A stretch of DNA of 64,000 nucleotides from an uncultured virus (IMG/VR IMGVR_UViG_3300008117_008405) (taxonomy: Duplodnaviria > Heunggongvirae > Uroviricota > Caudoviricetes), in IMG/VR virus record IMGVR_UViG_3300008117_008405; one strand, 5' to 3'. The position numbers and the translations under genes were made by a program. Of the stretch, positions 56,857 through 64,000 are shown piece after piece (the first letter of the stretch is position 1; every line of letters begins with the position of its first letter). The notes under the pieces are model-generated. The model ran no database searches. It saw nothing but the letters and a program-made list of their open reading frames with translations, and had not been told where the DNA came from.

Positions 56857-56891
56857 TGTTCCTTAACCAGTAATCACTAAAGGAGTATATA

Positions 56892-58343
56892 ATGCAGTAT
56901 CTGAAGATTGAAAATGTTGGCGTTTGTCCTACTGAAGGTTTCACCATTTTTGGTGCGTCTTCTAAATCTGAAAATACCGATCCGAATATTATTGGCACAT
57001 TTGGCTCTGGTGCAAAGCATGGCATTTCTCTTGCCTTGCGTCAGGGTTTGATGCCTGTTGTATATTGCGGTAAAGTTCGTCTGGCCTTTTACACTAAGCC
57101 TCTCAAGATTAAAGGTGTTTCTGGAGAAGCGGTTCACCAGCAACTGTGCGTTAAGATTTCTGGTCAAACTGAAGATAACAAGACGATCAATCAAGATCGT
57201 GAATTGGATCATACTCTTTCTTATGGCAATAAAGATTGGAATGAGCTTTCTTTGGCTCTGCGTGAGTTTGTTTCAAATGCAATCGATGCTTGCTACGAGC
57301 AGGGATTGTCCCCAGACTCCATGAGTGTTGAGTTGGTGGAAGAAAATCAAGTTCGTGCCAAGGGTGGTACAACTCGCATTTTTGTTCCAGCTACCATGGA
57401 TGTCATGCGTTTTCATCAAGAAATTGGCAAGTGGTTTCTTCACTTTAGTGAACCACAAAGCATGGAAAATAAGTTGCTTTTCAAAAAGAATCGAAATTGC
57501 GTTGATAGTTCAGGTAACAAAAAGTCTACTGCCGTAATCTACCGCCGTGGTGTGAGGGTGCGGGAGTTCACTTCTTCTGATATTCCCAGTCTTTTTGATT
57601 ATAACATCCCTGATTTGCCAATCGATGAATCCAGAACTATCGATGACTGGAAGGCTAAGTTTGAGTGTGGTCAAGCTTTGGCGCAAACGGAAGACCCAAC
57701 TGTTCCTACTTTGATGTTTCAAAAGCTTGTGAAGAATGAGAGTTGTTGGGAACTGGAGCAAGATGGATTTGCGTTGACTTACTGCATTTCTGATAAACAA
57801 AAGAAACAGCAGATATGGCAAAATGCTTTCTTTGCAGTTTGTGGTAAGAATGCAGTCATCACCACTAGTGCTCTTGCTGATCGTTGCAAGGAAAAAGGCT
57901 ACACACCTATCGTGCTATCAAACGCACAGAGTGGATTTCAGAAGTTTTTGAAAGAAATGAATATTCTTTCTGATGTGGATGTTTTGACTGCTAATGATTT
58001 GAATGGTCGCAAGATTTTTGCTCCTTCCTTGGCTGTTACCCAAGCCCTTAATTGGGTCTGGGAAAAGCTGGAGAGCATTGATATGACCTACAATCGGCCA
58101 AAACCTGAACTTCGTTGCTTTCGTCAGCTGACGGAAGCATCTTCCATGACATTTGGTTACTGGCTCGACGGAACGATTTACATCAATGAGGATATTTCGC
58201 AGAATAGTAATAACTCTTTGATGGATACCATGGTTGAGGAAGTAGCGCATCACATTACCAAGGCAACAGATGGTAGTCGTGATTTTGCCAACTTCCTGAT
58301 CCGCATGTCTGTTGAACTTGCGAAGTCTACCGACCCCAAGTAA
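56892..58343 (+). CDS. circularly permuted GHKL ATPase with C-terminal zincin-like motif
   Basis: KIENVG and IGTFGSGAK precede ALREFVSNAIDA; C-terminal GTIYIN...TMVEEVAHH. Confidence 0.7.
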   Translation: MQYLKIENVGVCPTEGFTIFGASSKSENTDPNIIGTFGSGAKHGISLALRQGLMPVVYCGKVRLAFYTKPLKIKGVSGEAVHQQLCVKISGQTEDNKTINQDRELDHTLSYGNKDWNELSLALREFVSNAIDACYEQGLSPDSMSVELVEENQVRAKGGTTRIFVPATMDVMRFHQEIGKWFLHFSEPQSMENKLLFKKNRNCVDSSGNKKSTAVIYRRGVRVREFTSSDIPSLFDYNIPDLPIDESRTIDDWKAKFECGQALAQTEDPTVPTLMFQKLVKNESCWELEQDGFALTYCISDKQKKQQIWQNAFFAVCGKNAVITTSALADRCKEKGYTPIVLSNAQSGFQKFLKEMNILSDVDVLTANDLNGRKIFAPSLAVTQALNWVWEKLESIDMTYNRPKPELRCFRQLTEASSMTFGYWLDGTIYINEDISQNSNNSLMDTMVEEVAHHITKATDGSRDFANFLIRMSVELAKSTDPK

Positions 58344-58347
58344 AACC

Positions 58348-58377
58348 GGCGAATCTATTTTTTCTCAATATTACAAT
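58348..58377 (+). promoter_or_regulatory. recurrent GGCGAA-N18-TANNAT promoter-like motif
   Basis: GGCGAATCT...TACAAT upstream of the MoxR gene. Confidence 0.5.
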
Positions 58378-58408
58378 CATCTTAGGTCCATTTTATAAAG
58401 GAGATAAT

Positions 58409-59500
58409 ATGTCTAGAAGGAAGTCACCAGAAGCTTTGTACATCGAATCCAAGCTTAAAAATGATCACAATCTACGATATGCCGATCTGGTAAAAATGCC
58501 AGACTACGCTTATGATATCGAAAATGCATATTTCAATACTGTCAAAAGTCGTTTTAGAAAGGTGACGGCTGAAAAAGCTTTTGCTGTGGTGCCACAAGTT
58601 GCAGAATTTGACTCAGAGGATGTAAGTGACTTTGAGCCAGAGTATGATGAGCAGGCATCCAAGTTGATTCCATCTCTTGACCCGTATTTTGCAATCACAG
58701 AAGAGGGCAATAATTTTATTGGGCTTGTGCAGTCAATGAGCAGGGTCAACAATTTAAATATTAGACTGGTTGGTCCAGCAGGTTGTGGCAAAACCAGCTT
58801 TGCAACACAATACGCTGCAAAAAATAACTATCCTTGTTTGATTATGGACTGTGCTAATGTTCGAGAGCCTAGAGATTGGTTCGGATATCGAACATTTGAT
58901 CCAGTTACTAAAGAAATTGTCTGGCATGAGAGTCTCTTTGTTAAGATGGTTGAAACTGCACATAGTGTTATTGTTCTCGATGAGCTTAACCGTGTGTCTC
59001 CGTTGGTGATCAATACGCTGATTCCTTTGCTTGACCATCGTCGCTCTACTTATCTTGAGGAAGCTGGCAAGAACATCAGTTGTGCTGAAGGTGTTACATT
59101 CTGGGCTCCAATCAACGAAGGCAGTCAGTTTACCGGAACGATTGCTCTTGATGAAGCAATCTCTGATAGATTTGGTCTTGTTATGGAGTGTAAATTTTTG
59201 CCATCAATTGAAGAAAAGCTGGTTTTGCATAAAAAGACTGGTTTGGAGGAATCAGTTTGTGAAAAACTTGTTGATATTGCAAATCAAGTAAGAATCAAAT
59301 CACAGATGGATTCAGTTGATAGTTACAGCAAGCCTATTTCTACACGAATGCTTGAGAATGCTGCAAGAGCTTTCAAAAAGCAGGGGGTGAAGTCTTTGCA
59401 ATTTACTCTTTTGAACCACTTCAGTTCGGCTGGTGGTGCTGCGAGTGAGAGGAATAATTTGAGAACCCTGCTTGTTGGCAAATTCGGACTACTTTCATAA
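58409..59500 (+). CDS. MoxR/CbbQ/CobS-like AAA+ ATPase
   Basis: GPAGCGKT, VLDELNR, LDEAISDRF, ISTR. Confidence 0.9.
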   Translation: MSRRKSPEALYIESKLKNDHNLRYADLVKMPDYAYDIENAYFNTVKSRFRKVTAEKAFAVVPQVAEFDSEDVSDFEPEYDEQASKLIPSLDPYFAITEEGNNFIGLVQSMSRVNNLNIRLVGPAGCGKTSFATQYAAKNNYPCLIMDCANVREPRDWFGYRTFDPVTKEIVWHESLFVKMVETAHSVIVLDELNRVSPLVINTLIPLLDHRRSTYLEEAGKNISCAEGVTFWAPINEGSQFTGTIALDEAISDRFGLVMECKFLPSIEEKLVLHKKTGLEESVCEKLVDIANQVRIKSQMDSVDSYSKPISTRMLENAARAFKKQGVKSLQFTLLNHFSSAGGAASERNNLRTLLVGKFGLLS

Positions 59501-59512
59501 TAAGGAGAATTT

Positions 59513-61417
59513 ATGAGCAGCAAAACTAATCTGTTTGATGACAGTTGGGAGTATGAAGATGATGATGCTTACTTCTACGGAAAGAACACGGAAGTAAGCC
59601 ATACACCATGGTCTGTTTATAACCCAATTAAATCAACTAGTGAATATTTAAGGCAAAGCTCTGGGTATGATGATAGGTATTTCAAAGACAGCCTTCATCA
59701 GACCGAAGAAGATTTGCATAAGACTTTGAAGGAACTAAACAAAACAATCAATTTGACTGCAAATAGTTCAGACGGATACGAGAAATGTCTATGCGTTAAA
59801 TATAGTAACGGCAAAGTTACAAATGATTTGTTGTCAGATGTTCTTTATGTCTCTCCAGATAGTTTGCTGGACGAGGATATGAAGTTAATTGACAAGGATC
59901 AGAAGTATTTTGATGTCCTAGACGGGTTGAATGGTCAGGCCTTGCTTTGTTCTTTTATTAAGAAGAGTATTCATGTTGATTCAGCATTGCAGTTCAAGAA
60001 TTCCGATTCTTGGGCTGTGCGTAATATTTTTATGACAGATTTGCAGTCTGGTGCAAGCAATGAAGTCTTTTCAAAATGGCCCGGTTTTTTGAGTTATGTA
60101 ACTCAACAAATGGTGGTGTTTGGACAACAAAAGAAAAAGATAGAGGAGAATTTAGTATCAAATATTGCTAAAGGATCAGTTGAGTTCGATGACATTGTAG
60201 AGTTACTTTGTTTCAATAGATTAAGTCCAGAAAAAATTGATTATTATATTTTTCCACAAGAATTTAGAGACAAGATCGATGAAGTTGATACACATTTTAA
60301 TGACAGATTAAATTCATTTGTTACAGACCAATATAAGTTTGATCGTGCGGTCAACTTGTATCAAGACATGCTCGAAATGTTAGAGCCTAGTGAAACTCAA
60401 AAATCGACTATCACATTGAATGATATTACGATAGAAACAAACAATTCTGCCAAAGATAGGCCTTTGACTGGTGGGGATGCTTATAACAACAATATTTCAA
60501 TTCCCGGAAATATTATTAGTAGCTCTCTCGATCACAACAAGAATCTTAGAGATAGGACAAAGTCTTTTGATGATCATTTGAAATCACCAGTCTACAACAA
60601 AGATAACTATTTGACACATTTGAGCTATAAGCTTGTTGTTCCAGCTGTAAATACAGAAACTATTGAAGCATACAAGAAGATTGTTCATGCACATAAGAAA
60701 TCTATTAAAGATTTAGAAACTTCTTTTATGTTTAGAAACAATGTTAACCAAACTTTTACTTACGGCACTAACTCTGGAGACCTTGACGATAATAGTTTTT
60801 ACAAAACTTTTCTTGGAGAGCATGACAAAATTTATTATCAAAAGGATTTAGTATCTAGAAAAAAATATCATGTAAGTATTGCTCTAGATCAAACTGGCTC
60901 GATGGCTGGCAGCATGAGAGAAGCAGCAACTTTGGCAATAATTATGGCTGAAGCTTTGAAGAAAATAAAAGATGTAGATTATTCAATTTATGGTTTTAAC
61001 ACGGGTACAGATGTAGAAACCCATGTGTATAAAGATCATAACTATAACAAGACAGAGGCTTTGTCAGAAATATTGGCATCTGGCAATACAGCTATGGGGT
61101 ATCACTTGTGTGCAATTGCAGATAAGATTATTACACAAAATCCGTTTGTTGAAAACAAGATATTGTTTATGATTACGGATGGTGAGCCAACACATGGATC
61201 GGTTGGTAAAAATCCCGTTGAATTAACCGCTTATGCAGTTGAAAAGGCAAGAAAAGCTGGGGTTAAGGTTTATGGTATCGGAGTTCACAACGCTTTTTCA
61301 GAGCAAACGGGCAAGGCGTTGTTTGGAGCAGGCAATTTCGCAGTTATTCAGGGTATAAAGGGTACCTTGCCATTATTAAGAAATAAATTGGCAACCTTCT
61401 TAAAAAGGGTTGCCTAA
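59513..61417 (+). CDS. von Willebrand factor A domain protein (CobT/NorD-like partner)
   Basis: SGDLD, MIDAS DQTGSM, GNT, ITDGEP, VYGIGV. Confidence 0.85.
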   Translation: MSSKTNLFDDSWEYEDDDAYFYGKNTEVSHTPWSVYNPIKSTSEYLRQSSGYDDRYFKDSLHQTEEDLHKTLKELNKTINLTANSSDGYEKCLCVKYSNGKVTNDLLSDVLYVSPDSLLDEDMKLIDKDQKYFDVLDGLNGQALLCSFIKKSIHVDSALQFKNSDSWAVRNIFMTDLQSGASNEVFSKWPGFLSYVTQQMVVFGQQKKKIEENLVSNIAKGSVEFDDIVELLCFNRLSPEKIDYYIFPQEFRDKIDEVDTHFNDRLNSFVTDQYKFDRAVNLYQDMLEMLEPSETQKSTITLNDITIETNNSAKDRPLTGGDAYNNNISIPGNIISSSLDHNKNLRDRTKSFDDHLKSPVYNKDNYLTHLSYKLVVPAVNTETIEAYKKIVHAHKKSIKDLETSFMFRNNVNQTFTYGTNSGDLDDNSFYKTFLGEHDKIYYQKDLVSRKKYHVSIALDQTGSMAGSMREAATLAIIMAEALKKIKDVDYSIYGFNTGTDVETHVYKDHNYNKTEALSEILASGNTAMGYHLCAIADKIITQNPFVENKILFMITDGEPTHGSVGKNPVELTAYAVEKARKAGVKVYGIGVHNAFSEQTGKALFGAGNFAVIQGIKGTLPLLRNKLATFLKRVA

Positions 61418-61418
61418 T

Positions 61419-62351
61419 TTATGATTCTTGTCTAAACCACTCTGCAAAATTCAAATGGCCTTCGGATTGTGATCTCCAAGCTGGATAAAGCAGACTAGTT
61501 GGCGCAGGCTTCTTGGATAACATGTAGAGTTCTTTCCCAGATGCTAGGTAAGGGTCCACTTTGATATTGCTCTTGGGCAAACATTGGTTTGGAATAAATC
61601 CAGTCAATTCTGGGTGTTTTTGCATGTCAGGGTGGCAAAGTATTGAAAGTGCAGCTTGATACATTTTAGATTCTGCTGGGCTGCTGTGAATTAATCCTCT
61701 TAGTTTAACCATATCTTCGGATTTTACTTTAATCCCATTTATAACATATTCAGGTTTGAGAGGTAGTTTAGCAATTTTTCTTGGCGCTTCTTCAGGTGCT
61801 GACTTGTCAGCAATTGGTGAAAAAAGATATGGTTCTCCTTTGAAGGGGACGATTGCCCATTCTTTTGCCATGCCTTTTCCGTATCTTTTAAAAATTTCAG
61901 AAGTGACTGCGGGATCATGCAAAAAGGTTTCAAACTTTGGATGTTCTTTGCCTTGCCAAAACGCTATGACAAGTTCTTTGTCTAGTACTGCAATTCTCCC
62001 CGCCAGAGCATCTCCAAAATTTAGGCATTTCCCTCGTATGCCAAAAGTAGACTTCCAATCTGATGGATTGATTCCCATTTCTTTGAGCTTGGCATCTAAA
62101 AATGGAAAATTTTCTTTAGTTTTATAGTTTAATAAATCTTCTATTTGAAAAGATGTCACAACGCCTTTGGCTTTTGGGAAAATATCATAAAATGTAGTTT
62201 TATTATTTGCTAAGTCATCATGTGCTTCGGGACAGTCTACATGATGAAAGGATTTATTATAAAAAAATGTTATGCAGGGGTATTCGGTATCATGTTTGCG
62301 TTCATCATACAAGAAGTCTGGGTCCACTTTTTTTAAGTAGCTTAGGTCCAT
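61419..62351 (-). CDS. hypothetical protein with C-terminal capsid-targeting-like motif
   Basis: Ends SEGHLNFAEWFRQES; TAAATA at 62374-62379. Confidence 0.65.
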   Translation of the reverse strand: MDLSYLKKVDPDFLYDERKHDTEYPCITFFYNKSFHHVDCPEAHDDLANNKTTFYDIFPKAKGVVTSFQIEDLLNYKTKENFPFLDAKLKEMGINPSDWKSTFGIRGKCLNFGDALAGRIAVLDKELVIAFWQGKEHPKFETFLHDPAVTSEIFKRYGKGMAKEWAIVPFKGEPYLFSPIADKSAPEEAPRKIAKLPLKPEYVINGIKVKSEDMVKLRGLIHSSPAESKMYQAALSILCHPDMQKHPELTGFIPNQCLPKSNIKVDPYLASGKELYMLSKKPAPTSLLYPAWRSQSEGHLNFAEWFRQES

Positions 62352-62452
62352 GGTCTCTCCATTTTATCTAGACTATTTATTATTTTTATTTTTATTTTAG
62401 TTGTCATTCGATTTTGTATCAGTAAAATAAAACTATTACTTGGAGGATTCCC

Positions 62453-63067
62453 ATGTCAAAGTATCTTGTAGTTGATTGTGAAACAACTGGTCTCGATCCA
62501 GAAATACATGGATTAATTACTTTAAGTGCAGTCGTATACGATGGAAAAAAGAAAGTTTCCCAATGGCATGGAGCTAACAAAGACTGGCAGCAGTTTACAA
62601 TAGATGCTTCTGCCCTCAAGGTTAATGGAATTAGTCTGTTTCAGACAGAGTATTTTTCTGTTCTTACAAAAGACATAATAGAGGGAACAACAGAAAAAGG
62701 TTATTATCTCATAGAAAATTATAGCACATTTGTGCGTTTCTTCGTCAGCTGGTTGCTTGAAAACGCAACTGATTGTGATTTTTTGTTAGGAATGAATGTT
62801 CAATTTGATTTGTCATTCATAAAGAAAGCTTGCAATACATTCAATATGAAGATTGATAGTTTGTTGCCCAGAAAACAAATTGATCCGTTAATTATTGCGT
62901 CTGCTGCTCTTGATAGCGGTAAGCTCAAATCTGATTTAAAGTATATAAACAGTCAATCGATGTACAATATGTACGAAATTAATTCTCAAGGTATACATCG
63001 ATCAGATGTTGATGTCGTTCTTGCATTTGAACTTTGGCAAAAAATGAAAAAAGACATTTTTGCTTAA
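62453..63067 (+). CDS. DEDDh 3'-5' exonuclease (DnaQ-like)
   Basis: VVDCETTGLDP, GMNVQFD, HRSDVD; SD GGAGG; TTGTCA-N16-TAAAAT. Confidence 0.85.
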   Translation: MSKYLVVDCETTGLDPEIHGLITLSAVVYDGKKKVSQWHGANKDWQQFTIDASALKVNGISLFQTEYFSVLTKDIIEGTTEKGYYLIENYSTFVRFFVSWLLENATDCDFLLGMNVQFDLSFIKKACNTFNMKIDSLLPRKQIDPLIIASAALDSGKLKSDLKYINSQSMYNMYEINSQGIHRSDVDVVLAFELWQKMKKDIFA

Positions 63068-63098
63068 TAATTTCAAAATGATTAACTAAAATAATTTT

Positions 63099-64000
63099 AT
63101 GAAAAAGTGTAAAGCAAAATTTGTTTTTAACACAATGGTTTCAAATGAGAGCCATTGCATCCTTAGAATGCTTGAATCGGTCTACAAATATGTAGATTAT
63201 TGGGTAATTCAAGACAACGGTTCTACGGATGGAACTCAAGATTTGATCAAAAACTTCTTCGCAGAGAAAGGCATTCCGGGATTTCTTTACGAAATTCCTT
63301 GGTCTGGCTGCATGGGTCAGAATCGAGATCACACAGTTCAAACATGTTTGAAAGCAGATCATGGTTGTGATTGGATTTTGCGGGTTGATGCAGATGAAGT
63401 GTTAGAGGTTGATGATGACTTCGACTGGTCAATTTTTGATGAAACCAGCATTCAAAGTTTTGATGTACCAGCTAAATCTGGTGTCGTAAATTACTACCGC
63501 TGTTGGCTTTGGAATGCCAAATTGCCATGGAAGTTCAAGCATGATAAGCGCCATGAATGTATCATGTTGGACAGGGATAATGTAGGAGAAAATTTCCAAA
63601 GAGTTCAACTGCCACCTAGTTTTCGTCACAAAGTGATTGCAGATGGGCAGACCTACTCAAATCCATTCAAGTATTACATCGATGCTCTTGAATTAGAAAA
63701 AGACATGATCGTGAAGAAGGAGATGCTGACCGACCAGTATCACTTGTGGTACTTGGGTAAAAGTTATCATGATAATGTGCCATCTGGTCATCTCCCATTT
63801 GGTGAATTGCATAATCATGAACTAGCTAGGCGAGGATTGTTTTATTTTGAGAGATTCCTTGAAGTAAGACACCAGTTTATGTCAGCTGGAACAATTAAAT
63901 ATGTTGATGAAATGGCATACACAGGATTTCTGTGTATGGCACATTTATACTCCGTGATGGGAGATTTAGAAAAAGAGATTTGGGCTCTTAAAACTGCTGA
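63099..64000 (+). CDS. glycosyltransferase family 2 (TPR-type C-terminus), runs off window end
   Basis: Hand-translated MKKCKAKFVFNTMVSNESHCILRMLESV...IQDNGSTDGT...NR...WILRVDADE; absent from the ORF track, consistent with no stop in the window. Confidence 0.85.
   Translation, partial: MKKCKAKFVFNTMVSNESHCILRMLESVYKYVDYWVIQDNGSTDGTQDLIKNFFAEKGIPGFLYEIPWSGCMGQNRDHTVQTCLKADHGCDWILRVDADEVLEVDDDFDWSIFDETSIQSFDVPAKSGVVNYYRCWLWNAKLPWKFKHDKRHECIMLDRDNVGENFQRVQLPPSFRHKVIADGQTYSNPFKYYIDALELEKDMIVKKEMLTDQYHLWYLGKSYHDNVPSGHLPFGELHNHELARRGLFYFERFLEVRHQFMSAGTIKYVDEMAYTGFLCMAHLYSVMGDLEKEIWALKTA

Noticed and set aside
1..64000. Eukaryotic giant virus or cellular chromosome origin
   Set aside because: Bacterial SD sites, sigma-70 promoters, intrinsic terminators, CsrA and T4-like late motifs, with no housekeeping operons, fit a large bacteriophage better.

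Overview
This window is AT-rich, gene-dense DNA that reads as part of a large (jumbo, T4-like in its late-gene logic) bacteriophage genome in standard code 11. The likely host is a planctomycete, inferred from a planctomycete-style sigma-70, an HNH protein, small secreted Cys-rich proteins, CsrA and ClpX. No capsid, terminase or polymerase genes lie in the window, so the phage call is an inference. Recognisable content: ParB-like protein, CsrA, ClpX, three sigma-70-like proteins, two SNF2 helicases (one frameshifted), GuaC, SNase, a HAD nucleotidase, a nucleotidyltransferase, Nudix, several glycosyl- and methyltransferases, a PlcP-like phosphoesterase plus Agt-like GT4 pair, two RCC1-repeat proteins, a permuted GHKL / MoxR AAA+ / VWA trio, a DEDDh exonuclease, and tRNA-Arg(UCU) split by a 197-nt Azoarcus-like group I intron. 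The most unusual element is a family of about 29 highly divergent 48-76 aa Ser/Trp/Cys/Phe-rich micro-ORFs. They are all on the minus strand, mostly chained by overlapping stop/start codons, in five arrays plus one singleton (25.2-40.9 kb). Unrelated passenger genes are slotted in, one of them flanked by a 64-bp direct repeat of the junction. A second layer is a set of proteins with T4-type capsid-targeting motifs, often behind TAAATA late-promoter boxes. All family assignments come from motif recognition by eye; no database searches were run.
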